This document shows, in pieces, positions 1 to 7,872 of a DNA stretch of 39,708 nucleotides. This stretch comes from a virus (lineage: Duplodnaviria > Heunggongvirae > Uroviricota > Caudoviricetes). A program made the position numbers and the translations under genes. Below the pieces are notes generated by a model. It searched no databases and had not been told where the DNA came from. It worked only from the letters and a program-made list of their open reading frames with translations. The number at the start of each line of letters is the position of its first letter. Position 1 is the stretch's first letter. The DNA is taken from positions 1-39,708 of IMG/VR virus record IMGVR_UViG_2909288124_000005; one strand, written 5' to 3'.

Positions 1-582
1 ATGCGGTTGCATTTGCCAGAGCTTGACGATGTTGTTTGGATGAAGGGTGTATTGATGCTAAATGTAAGGTTTGATTCAGAAAAGGCTTTAGAGGCCATTC
101 TGTACGTCGCCTCTAAAGCACCGATCCCAGATATCTATCATGTCGGAAAAATTCTTTATTATGCTGACAGGTTTCACCTTGAAAGTTTTGGACGCCTCAT
201 AACGGGCGATCACTATAACGCTATGAAGGATGGGCCTGTAGCAAGCAACACATACGATATTATAAAAATTGCTCGTGGAGATGGACGTTACATTCCTAAT
301 GGTTGTGATGTCGATTCTGTGCGAAAAGCATTTTCTGTATCAGGTATGATGATTGTGCCGAGCCGTGAAGCTGATGAAGACTTTTTTAGTGACTCAGATT
401 TAGAGTGTATTGATAAGTCTATCGCGATGCTTGGAAACATGTCCTTTGAAGCTATCAGAACCATGAGCCATGACGCGGCATGGGAACAGGCAGATCACAA
501 TGGTGAGATGTCTTTGGAATCGATAGTTGCACAGCTAAAAAATAGCAAATTAATACTGGATTATCTGAAGAACGGATATTGA
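1..582 (+). CDS. Panacea (DUF4065)-like domain protein, possible antitoxin; may extend 5' beyond window
   Basis: Stretch GKILYYADRFHLESFGRLITGDHYNAMKDGPV matches my recollection of the Panacea signature; ORF begins at window edge. Confidence 0.45.
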   Translation: MRLHLPELDDVVWMKGVLMLNVRFDSEKALEAILYVASKAPIPDIYHVGKILYYADRFHLESFGRLITGDHYNAMKDGPVASNTYDIIKIARGDGRYIPNGCDVDSVRKAFSVSGMMIVPSREADEDFFSDSDLECIDKSIAMLGNMSFEAIRTMSHDAAWEQADHNGEMSLESIVAQLKNSKLILDYLKNGY

Positions 583-1049
583 TACTTATGCTGGGTGATT
601 GTTTCCCTCCTGATTTTAAGGCTAATTTTAGTCATGAAAGAGGTATATCACCCGGTGATGTATTGTATCTTCATTGTGATTTTACGACCCCACCTAAAGT
701 AAAATATATGGTGGTTGTTTGCTGTGAACCTCTTTTAGTTCTTCTAATAAATTCAGATATAAATGAATTTATTAAGAGAAACAATGATCTTATGGCTTGT
801 CAGGTCGAAATTAATAGAGAGGACCATGATTTTCTTAAATGGGACTCATTTGTTAATTGCATTGAGGCTCATGCTGCTTTCGATCTTGAAATTATTAAAG
901 AGAAAATAGCCATCCAATATGGCGACGTGCTAAAAGGTCGCATTACAGATCATTGTATGAGACAAGTTCGATGTGCAGTTGAGATATCTAAAATCATGGT
1001 TAAACGGCATAAAAAACTGATACTCGCTGCTCTTCAACATTATGAATAA
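579..1049 (+). CDS. Hypothetical 156-aa protein coupled to the upstream Panacea-like gene (candidate toxin/effector)
   Basis: TTG at 579 overlaps upstream stop TGA 580-582; alternative ATG at 588; visibly AT-rich; no domain recognised. Confidence 0.5.
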   Translation: MILMLGDCFPPDFKANFSHERGISPGDVLYLHCDFTTPPKVKYMVVVCCEPLLVLLINSDINEFIKRNNDLMACQVEINREDHDFLKWDSFVNCIEAHAAFDLEIIKEKIAIQYGDVLKGRITDHCMRQVRCAVEISKIMVKRHKKLILAALQHYE

Positions 1050-1069
1050 ACCCACCTTTGGATGGGTTT
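1048..1069. terminator. Bidirectional hairpin terminator between convergent genes
   Basis: AAACCCA (1048-1054) pairs with TGGGTTT (1063-1069), 8-nt loop, T-rich flank. Confidence 0.4.
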
Positions 1070-1082
1070 ATTCATATTCTAT

Positions 1083-1382
1083 TTAAATGAGCCTTTGTTT
1101 ATGGGTTCTGACCCTTTCCCACTCAGCACGCCCTTCTTCTCGCCTTTTGTCTATGTATTCCGCAAGATCCTGAATATTGATGCAACGTTTTGCTTTTTGT
1201 GATGTGCCGATGCGATATGTTGGAACGGGCAACTTACAAGCGTTTGCTTTTGCTTCTGCCGTGGCTGGACTCATGCCAAAGTACTTTTGGCTAACTGCTG
1301 AGAGTTCAATGTTAGGGGTATTGAATTCAGCCATCAGTAAAAACAAGGTGTTCATAATTTTCTCCATCAAAACCGGCTGCAC
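1083..1382 (-). CDS. PrtN-like DNA-binding protein (excisionase/activator-like)
   Basis: 99 aa; MNTLFLLMAEF...PVPTYRIG pattern recalled from PrtN/AlpA-like phage regulators. Confidence 0.4.
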   Translation of the reverse strand: MQPVLMEKIMNTLFLLMAEFNTPNIELSAVSQKYFGMSPATAEAKANACKLPVPTYRIGTSQKAKRCINIQDLAEYIDKRREEGRAEWERVRTHKQRLI

Positions 1383-1391
1383 CCGGGAAAA

Positions 1392-1964
1392 TCATAATTC
1401 TGTGCTGGTGGCAGGAATTAATTTCTGCCAGATAGCGGAAACATATTTTGCCTGATGACGGGCATCGGCCAGGGCGTTGTGCCGTTCGCCATCGAAAGGC
1501 ATGTCCATTTTGGGGGCGAATCCGATGGAACGCTCAAGCGTAACGATCGTGCGTACATCGTGGTCATTCCAGTATGCCCACGGGCAGATTTGTCCTGCTC
1601 GCTCATAAGCTCCACGTAAAATTACGTTGTCGAAGGTGGCCCCGTTACCCCAGACTTTTAAATATTTTGTATTGTCTGCATGCTGATTAATGAAATGGCT
1701 CAGTTCAGAGAGTGCATCGCTGATCGACAAAGTATCATCAATACAGATTGCAGCTCGTGCTTCAGGGCTCTGTTTCAACCACCACAGGATGGTATCGCCG
1801 TCAGGTGTGGCCCCTTGCTCCATAGCACTTTCCAGGCTGACAACCGTATAGAATTCTTGTCCGATGTCTCCGGTTTCTGGGGTGAAGAACACCGCGCCAA
1901 TGGAAACGATTGGTGCATCCTTATTTTTCCCCATCGTCTCAAGGTCGATCATTAAGTTGTTCAT
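1392..1964 (-). CDS. DEDD-type 3'-5' exonuclease (DnaQ-like fold)
   Basis: N-terminal IDLETMG...IVSIGAV D-x-E motif and later H/D acidic motifs typical of DEDDh exonucleases. Confidence 0.5.
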   Translation of the reverse strand: MNNLMIDLETMGKNKDAPIVSIGAVFFTPETGDIGQEFYTVVSLESAMEQGATPDGDTILWWLKQSPEARAAICIDDTLSISDALSELSHFINQHADNTKYLKVWGNGATFDNVILRGAYERAGQICPWAYWNDHDVRTIVTLERSIGFAPKMDMPFDGERHNALADARHQAKYVSAIWQKLIPATSTEL

Positions 1965-2275
1965 TACTTCACCTCCTGCGTTTCTTTGCTGCTGTGAATT
2001 CGCCAGTTACCGACGCCTTCCCATTCAAACTGGCGGTTACTAATTCGCGTCCAGCCCCTGCCGAAAAGCAAATCCAGATACCAGTATTTTAAAGTTCTGA
2101 TAATTGCTCTTACAGTTGGTTTGCATCCAGAAGTCTTTGATGCGCAAATAAAGCACCGAGTTATGCTCATGGCCTCTACAAAAGGCCAGATAAACCAAAC
2201 CCAGATGCAAAGAGCCACGAACAACATGAGCGCAATGTTAGCCACTAAGCCAGACCAGTACAGATAATTGCTCAC
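1964..2275 (-). CDS. Hypothetical protein with N-terminal hydrophobic segment
   Basis: GTG start at 2275 preceded by AAAGGAGG; 4-nt overlap with the upstream gene stop. Confidence 0.45.
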   Translation of the reverse strand: MSNYLYWSGLVANIALMLFVALCIWVWFIWPFVEAMSITRCFICASKTSGCKPTVRAIIRTLKYWYLDLLFGRGWTRISNRQFEWEGVGNWRIHSSKETQEVK

Positions 2276-2511
2276 TGGTTGCCTCCTTTACGGATCTGCG
2301 CTGCGATGCGCGAAAAAAAAGACTCCCGCGTATGACTGTTAAGAGCTGGCGCGAACGCTGCGTTAAGAACGGCAGCATCACAGCCGTCATCGATATAGAG
2401 CGCAATTTTTTTCTCCAGGCGCGCTTTGGCTTCCTGCAACTGCATACCCCGGCACGCACGCGGGATATACTCAGCAATTTGAGCGATAGATTTTTCGTTC
2501 TGTTTAAACAT
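2272..2511 (-). CDS. Hypothetical phage protein
   Basis: ATG at 2511 with GAGGTG RBS; translationally coupled chain of small genes. Confidence 0.45.
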   Translation of the reverse strand: MFKQNEKSIAQIAEYIPRACRGMQLQEAKARLEKKIALYIDDGCDAAVLNAAFAPALNSHTRESFFSRIAAQIRKGGNQ

Positions 2512-2707
2512 GCTTCACCTCGATAGGCTTGATGCTGTCGATCAGCAGTCGGCGGCGCGTATTTTCTGCAAAGTGGCGGCGTCCGGTTTCTTTGTGGTAA
2601 AACTCGTTTTTTCCGACGACCCACATCCGCTTTGTCTGGTGCAGTTTTTTTACCTGCGGACCGTCTCGGGTGATAACAATTCCTGTATGAGTTTTTATCA
2701 CGCTCAT
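2504..2707 (-). CDS. Hypothetical phage protein (YfdT-position)
   Basis: ATG at 2707 with GGAG RBS; start overlaps upstream gene stop (ATGA). Confidence 0.4.
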   Translation of the reverse strand: MSVIKTHTGIVITRDGPQVKKLHQTKRMWVVGKNEFYHKETGRRHFAENTRRRLLIDSIKPIEVKHV

Positions 2708-3066
2708 TTCTTATTCTCCGGTGCTTTTGGCATTACTGCCCAGTGAGTGATATTGACGTTTTCAAGGTCCCCGACCTGAAATGTCCACTGCCATTCTCCG
2801 GTTTCTTTTTGTCCCCAGGTGTACCAGAGAGAACGCCAGCCAATTAGCCAGCCTTCTCCGTTAGCATCAAATAACAGAACACTTTCATTTGCTGGTGGCA
2901 GTTCAGCTGACACTGGTATTATTTTGTTTTCCAGTGCCGTACATTTAGCTTCAAGCGCATCGAATTTACGTACCAGGTACTCAGCATTTGTTTCGTTCAC
3001 TTTCAGATCTCGCGGTACACATTTCCCGCGAAGAAACCCTTCCATTTCGAAAACATTCATGCGCAT
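2704..3066 (-). CDS. DUF551-like phage protein (YfdS-like)
   Basis: 120 aa with Trp-rich C-terminus (GWLIGWRSLWYTWGQKETGEWQW); position and size match CPS-53 yfdS as I recall it. Confidence 0.45.
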   Translation of the reverse strand: MRMNVFEMEGFLRGKCVPRDLKVNETNAEYLVRKFDALEAKCTALENKIIPVSAELPPANESVLLFDANGEGWLIGWRSLWYTWGQKETGEWQWTFQVGDLENVNITHWAVMPKAPENKK

Positions 3067-3593
3067 TTGCGTAACTCCGATAACTCGTTAAAACGTTCCA
3101 TAAACATCCCGTAGGCATGGCCTGGTGACAGTGGAATAACTTTGAACATCTCTGTCGCCGGGATACCTTCCAGTACAGGCCAGAAAGAGCCATCATCAAG
3201 CCCGAGATCGCGGCGTTCGGTTGCCAGCATAATGAGATCGGCATATTTCACTGGCGTGCTCATAACAGGAGGTAACCCGTATTTCTCACGGATTACGGCG
3301 TCTATTTTTTCTTCCATCCGTTTATAGTCAGGAAGAAGGCGTTTCAGTGGTGCGGGGATGTCCTGGCAATATGCTTCTGTTGCATCATGCATTAACGCTT
3401 CAAAAGCAAATTCCTGCGGTACCAGCTGGCTGCAAAGCACCGCATGTTGGGCGACGCTGTAGAAGTGTGAAAGATGTCCTGCAAAGCGACAGATATTTGA
3501 AAGGGAAACCGCGACATCGTTAATAACGATGTCGTCTTTATTTATCCTGTCATAATAAAAATGCTTCCCGGAAAAAGTTTTAATAAATGACAT
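3057..3593 (-). CDS. yfdR: HD-domain phosphohydrolase / 5'-deoxynucleotidase (YfdR-like)
   Basis: H...HD metal-binding motifs (HFYSVAQHAV, LMHDATE); ATG at 3593 with GGAG RBS gives 178 aa, matching recalled YfdR length. Confidence 0.6.
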   Translation of the reverse strand: MSFIKTFSGKHFYYDRINKDDIVINDVAVSLSNICRFAGHLSHFYSVAQHAVLCSQLVPQEFAFEALMHDATEAYCQDIPAPLKRLLPDYKRMEEKIDAVIREKYGLPPVMSTPVKYADLIMLATERRDLGLDDGSFWPVLEGIPATEMFKVIPLSPGHAYGMFMERFNELSELRKCA

Positions 3594-3720
3594 TTTATTC
3601 TCCACGTATATGCGCTGCACCGCGCTGAATTCTGGTAAAAGGAAGCCCTCACTATCCGGCGATTATTGAGTAAATTATGTTTCCATAAATGCCCCCGCAG
3701 GGGCATTTGCAGTAATGAAA

Positions 3721-4545
3721 TCAGGCGGTGAAAGTACCAATAAAGGTTTCTACTTTGCTGTCTTTAAATTTCTCAACAAGCAGATCACGAAATTCGTTAG
3801 CCATTTCTTCCTGCACCGCTTCCAGCTGAATAATGCGCAGAACCAGTACAGGACGATCGCCAGTGATAATGCTGAGGCGTAATTTAAACGGACGTTCTTT
3901 AAGGCCTTCAAACGGAACGCATTTAAATTCAAATGCCACTGGCATAATGTCTTTGGTCTTCGCTTCGACAGACTCCATCAGGGAGCGTTTGCCGCTGAAG
4001 TCATTATCTTCAAAATCAGCGGTCTGGTTTGCTTCAATCGTGATTTTACGGACTGCCGCAGCCGCTTTTGTTGCCTGAATGGCGTCACCATTCGCATCAA
4101 AGCCCACAAGGTAGTCGGCCCAGTCTTCAATCCATTCTGCCAGTGACTTCTGGGAGTTACGCTCGCCGTTAACAGACAACAGAGCAGAGAACGGTGCTGT
4201 CTTTTTCAGTTTGAGAGTGGCGGTGTTATCTGCGTGACCTGGTTCATCAATAGTACCCAGGTTAAGCACACTAACGGCACGCATATTATCAGCATCGATA
4301 AAGCAGCGGGTGCCTTCATCTGCAAGATCTTTAGAATAACGGGTAAAATCATCGATGCTGGCAGTGGAAAGCGCGCCACGGAAACGGAAGCGATTTAAAT
4401 TAAATTTTTCCAGATCATGAATGCGGAAATTCTCAGGCAATGCCACAGCATCGGCACCAATCTTACTGATAATTTCATTAACACCCTGAGCAGAAATAAG
4501 GGCATGGATTTGATTAATTGCGGTTGCGTCTAAGTTCTGAGACAT
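3721..4545 (-). CDS. DUF2303-like phage protein (YfdQ-like)
   Basis: 274 aa, same length and position as CPS-53 yfdQ by recollection. Confidence 0.45.
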   Translation of the reverse strand: MSQNLDATAINQIHALISAQGVNEIISKIGADAVALPENFRIHDLEKFNLNRFRFRGALSTASIDDFTRYSKDLADEGTRCFIDADNMRAVSVLNLGTIDEPGHADNTATLKLKKTAPFSALLSVNGERNSQKSLAEWIEDWADYLVGFDANGDAIQATKAAAAVRKITIEANQTADFEDNDFSGKRSLMESVEAKTKDIMPVAFEFKCVPFEGLKERPFKLRLSIITGDRPVLVLRIIQLEAVQEEMANEFRDLLVEKFKDSKVETFIGTFTA

Positions 4546-4610
4546 AATAAGTCCTCACTATATAAAGATATTCAGTGATGAGATAAATAATCGGTTAATT
4601 AAGAACGATA

Positions 4611-4973
4611 TTAATGACCTGCTGCGCGGAGTTTTCCGTCAGGTTCACCGGCAAGAGTCAGTAATTGTCCCTGGTCTTCCTGCAGAATAGTCAGGCGACC
4701 ACCGCGATTGACATACATCGGCGTTTCGGTGGTGTCTTCTTCGGAAATTTTCCCGCGGTTAGTCGGGCGAACATATGAGAGTTTGTGTTTGATTTTCACA
4801 CGGTTCTCATCAAATGGTTCGATTTCCAGGTTGAGTGAGACCTTACCTTTGGTTTTCGTGTTCATCACACCTGAAGCGACTTCACTGAGAACTGCGCCGA
4901 TTTTGGTTTCAAATACGCCGCCGTCCAGCTCCCCGATAAATGCCTGCACATCAGTACTGCGTTCGCTAGCCAT
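4611..4973 (-). CDS. Hypothetical phage protein (YfdP-position), 120 aa
   Basis: Start chosen at ATG 4973 preceded by GAGGAG RBS; the 100-codon in-frame upstream extension looks non-coding. Confidence 0.45.
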   Translation of the reverse strand: MASERSTDVQAFIGELDGGVFETKIGAVLSEVASGVMNTKTKGKVSLNLEIEPFDENRVKIKHKLSYVRPTNRGKISEEDTTETPMYVNRGGRLTILQEDQGQLLTLAGEPDGKLRAAGH

Positions 4974-5410
4974 TTTGCTGCTCCTCATCATATCGACCCT
5001 GCAAGGTCGGTTGGTTTCTCCACAAAACAGAGAAGAACACCTGCGGTGGCAGCCGCCCGGATGGATTGGGTTATGAGCCCGTCGTCCGGTGATGCTCTTC
5101 TCTGTTTTGTAAAAAGGACGGTACCAGCCGGAAGCAAGGGTACAAGCTGGTACCGCCAGGACTACACACAGCATAAAGTTGTGGTGCCGGGTGCCTCCCG
5201 GTGCCTGGCGAAGGTTGCACACCAGGCGGGTGGGTATCCACAGAAGGTCGACTGTCAGCCTCAACCTTAACCCGCGTGCGCTGAGCCGCATTCACCACAA
5301 CGCCAAGGATTCTCTTTGGTTGAAAATACTTAGCTGTTATGTGCCTGTCTTTTCACCACTTCAGGCTCGGTGGTATCCTTTTAAGCCCGTATACATAAAA
5401 GGAAAATCAA

Positions 5411-5656
5411 ATGACTTTTGATGAAAAAGAACTTGATAATGCAATTAATAAAATCATCGTAACGTCGCTCTTTTCCTGTCTCAGCGACACTCAGCAGAAA
5501 CAGTTCTACGAATCGGCTTTCAACATGATCGAGCGTTGTTGTTTCTGCGATGCCGACGAGTTACCTGAAAAAATCAGGAAACAGTTGGCTGATGCTCTTC
5601 GAGTGCGACTTTCTGACCAATTTTCTGAAATGTGCTCTCCGAATTTGGACAAATAG
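5411..5656 (+). CDS. Small hypothetical protein (81 aa)
   Basis: Protein-like composition, AAAGGAAAA upstream; its 3' end converges with and overlaps the 5574..5849 ORF. Confidence 0.3.
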   Translation: MTFDEKELDNAINKIIVTSLFSCLSDTQQKQFYESAFNMIERCCFCDADELPEKIRKQLADALRVRLSDQFSEMCSPNLDK

Positions 5657-5849
5657 AAAAAGGCCATTTCCATTCAGGGTCTGATGGAAATACTTCAGCC
5701 TGTTCCAAAGCACGGCGTAAAGAGAATACAACTCCAGCCATAATCTGATGTTTCCCATTGGTCCAGCTATCGCCGCTCTGATCTACAGGAGCGGCTATGT
5801 CGTATGACCAAACGACTTCACCACTATTGTTTAAAATCTGGACTTTCAT
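5574..5849 (-). CDS. Small hypothetical protein (91 aa), first gene position of leftward operon
   Basis: ATG at 5849 preceded by strong GGAGG RBS; an internal hairpin plus T-run at 5655-5691 makes its distal part uncertain. Confidence 0.35.
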   Translation of the reverse strand: MKVQILNNSGEVVWSYDIAAPVDQSGDSWTNGKHQIMAGVVFSLRRALEQAEVFPSDPEWKWPFSICPNSESTFQKIGQKVALEEHQPTVS

Positions 5850-6240
5850 TTTGTTCTTTAACCTCCAGATACGGGCGTTTAATGGCCCCGCCGAACAGCT
5901 CTTTTCCGCAATAGCTGCAATGTCTTTCGCGCATCAGCCTGCGCATTCACCACAACGCTGAGAGCACTTAGCCAGTTACGGCACCACACTTTGTCGCGGT
6001 TCCATAAATGCCCTCATCGTTGCACCCTGGTCTCTTCCCAGGTGTCAAACCGAACCGCCACGCTGGTTAGGCGTCTTATCAGCATCATCATTGACTTGCA
6101 CATTCCGGCTACCTGGTTTGTTTGCCCGAGCAAGGAGTGGATTGTCCCCTTTAACGTCCCCAGACCGCTAACGACGCATGTGCCATACGCCGTGTTACAA
6201 CCAAATTTTGTTTAATCTTGCCTGTGACATGTTTCTTTTA

Positions 6241-6255
6241 GATACATTATGTATC
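6241..6255. promoter_or_regulatory. Putative OL-type operator palindrome
   Basis: GATACATTATGTATC perfect palindrome; ATACAT half-site recurs between cI and cro. Confidence 0.35.
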
Positions 6256-6275
6256 TCAAGGGTACATTGTCAAGT

Positions 6276-6300
6276 ATAAAAAAACCTGCCGAAGCAGGTT
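6276..6300 (-). terminator. Intrinsic terminator downstream of cI
   Basis: AACCTGC-CGAA-GCAGGTT hairpin (6283-6300) followed on minus strand by T-run (6276-6282), 12 bp after cI stop. Confidence 0.55.
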
Positions 6301-6311
6301 ATAAATATTGA

Positions 6312-6986
6312 TTAGGCCTTTATTTTGTATCTTCTTGGTTTTCCTGAGAAAATTACTGTACCAATTATAGAGCAATTACCGTTGATCTTAATGTAAGGTT
6401 CAGGCCAGTTTGGGTTTAATGCTTTGAGGTAACGCTGTGTTCCATCTTCTATCAACCGCTTAAAGGTGGTTTCGCCTGTATCGTGCATCAATGCAATAAC
6501 GTCGTCACCGTGGCAGGCAGGGACTTCAGGATCTACAAAAATCATGTCTCCCGGGCGGTACTCATCAATCATTGAATCACCAATCACCCGCAAGATATAA
6601 GTCATTTCGCCACAGGGTACAGGGCAGGGATAAGTTTCTGCTGTGCTCAAATCAACCTCAGAATAGCCAACTTCTTTCCATGCTCCGGCCTGTACCCATG
6701 ATATGACAGGGACTAACGTTATTTGTTTGTTAGTAATTGAAACATCAGGTTTTTTTGTGATGTTTGTTGTCTGGTGTTCTTGATCAAGCCATCCGACAGG
6801 CAGGTCGAAACATTTTTCGATGTGCCGTGCCATGCTGTCACCGATATTTTTAGTAGCACCATCTCCCATAAACCTGCTGGTCTGGGTTGGCTCGCGATCA
6901 ATCATGGTGGCAAAGGAAGAATTCCCGCCAACACCATCTCTCAGTTTTCTGGCGTTAGACCGCCGGATGTCATGGACTGTTTTCAT
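6312..6986 (-). CDS. CI-like repressor, HTH plus S24 (LexA-like) autopeptidase
   Basis: C-terminal GDSM...GD...VDP motifs typical of S24 peptidases; divergent from Cro-like gene. Confidence 0.8.
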   Translation of the reverse strand: MKTVHDIRRSNARKLRDGVGGNSSFATMIDREPTQTSRFMGDGATKNIGDSMARHIEKCFDLPVGWLDQEHQTTNITKKPDVSITNKQITLVPVISWVQAGAWKEVGYSEVDLSTAETYPCPVPCGEMTYILRVIGDSMIDEYRPGDMIFVDPEVPACHGDDVIALMHDTGETTFKRLIEDGTQRYLKALNPNWPEPYIKINGNCSIIGTVIFSGKPRRYKIKA

Positions 6987-7002
6987 AACGAAATTAAAAC
7001 CT

Positions 7003-7021
7003 TTGTACCGATAGGGTACAA
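7003..7021. promoter_or_regulatory. Putative OR operator palindrome
   Basis: TTGTACC-GATAG-GGTACAA perfect 7-bp inverted repeat 17 bp upstream of cI start. Confidence 0.4.
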
Positions 7022-7076
7022 GTATCTTGAAGGTTCATCTCAATCATGTAATATGTATATCGGAGGTACATATTGT

Positions 7077-7277
7077 ATGAAAGCGTATTGGGACTCTTTA
7101 ACCAAAGAACAGCAGGGCGAGTTGGCCGGAAAAGTTGGCTCAACACCAGGCTACTTACGGCTGGTTTTCAATGGTTATAAAAAAGCCAGTTTTGTGCTGG
7201 CTAAAAAACTTGAGCAATGCACGTCAGGTGCAATTACGAAATCTGACTTAAGACCGGATATCTATCCGAAAGATTAA
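7077..7277 (+). CDS. Cro-like HTH regulator (YdaS-like)
   Basis: ATG 7077 with GGAGG RBS at 7062-7066; 66 aa; divergent from cI across the operator region. Confidence 0.6.
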   Translation: MKAYWDSLTKEQQGELAGKVGSTPGYLRLVFNGYKKASFVLAKKLEQCTSGAITKSDLRPDIYPKD

Positions 7278-7308
7278 CAGAACACCTTCAATTTTTAACC
7301 ACAGAACG

Positions 7309-7872
7309 ATGAGGCTAACCGTGGGTAAGCATCACTGGAAAGTAGAAAAACAGCCTGAGTGGTACGTGAAAGCTGTCAGAAAAACTATCGCGGCGTTGCC
7401 GGGGGGTTACGCTGAAGCTGCTGAGTGGCTGGATGTAACAGAGAACGCTTTATTCAACCGCCTTCGTGCAGATGGCGATCAGATTTTCCCGCTGGGATGG
7501 GCAATGATTTTACAGCGCGCGGCTGGCACTCACTACATTGCGGATGCTGTCGCACAGTCTGCTGGTGGGGTGTTTGTATCGCTTCCTGAAATTGAGGAAG
7601 TAGAGAACGCCGATATAAACCAGCGCCTGCTGGAAGTCATCGAACAGATCGGGAGTTACTCAAAGCAGATTCGTTCGGCAATCGAAGATGGGGTAGTGGA
7701 GCCACACGAGCAGACAGCAATTAATGATGAGTTGTATCTGTCAATTTCGAAGCTCCAGGAGCATGCAGCACTGGTCTACAAAATCTTTTGCGCTCCAGAA
7801 AAGAGTGACGCCCGCGAGTGTGCAGCTCCGGGCGTCGTGGCGTTTTGTGTCTGTGGAGAAACTAACGCATGA
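7309..7872 (+). CDS. CII-like phage regulatory protein
   Basis: Position immediately after cro; family assignment from memory only. Confidence 0.3.
   Translation: MRLTVGKHHWKVEKQPEWYVKAVRKTIAALPGGYAEAAEWLDVTENALFNRLRADGDQIFPLGWAMILQRAAGTHYIADAVAQSAGGVFVSLPEIEEVENADINQRLLEVIEQIGSYSKQIRSAIEDGVVEPHEQTAINDELYLSISKLQEHAALVYKIFCAPEKSDARECAAPGVVAFCVCGETNA

Noticed and set aside
4974-5291. N-terminal extension of ORF 4611..5291 (226 aa)
   Set aside because: The upstream 100 codons are Arg/Pro/Cys/Gly-rich with dense hairpins and no RBS; a GAGGAG-preceded ATG at 4973 gives a 120-aa product consistent with a YfdP-sized gene.
5046-5298. ORFs 5046..5270 (+) and 5071..5298 (-)
   Set aside because: Pro/Gly/Arg-rich translations typical of GC-rich non-coding sequence, overlapping the hairpin cluster.
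4974-5300. Retron msr-msd or self-cleaving ribozyme interpretation of the structured segment
   Set aside because: There is no reverse transcriptase ORF nearby, and I could not find a hammerhead-type conserved core; left as an unclassified structured region.
6774-7076. Upstream part of ORF 6774..7277 overlapping cI antisense
   Set aside because: It is antisense to the well-supported cI gene; the real Cro-like gene starts at ATG 7077 with a GGAGG RBS.
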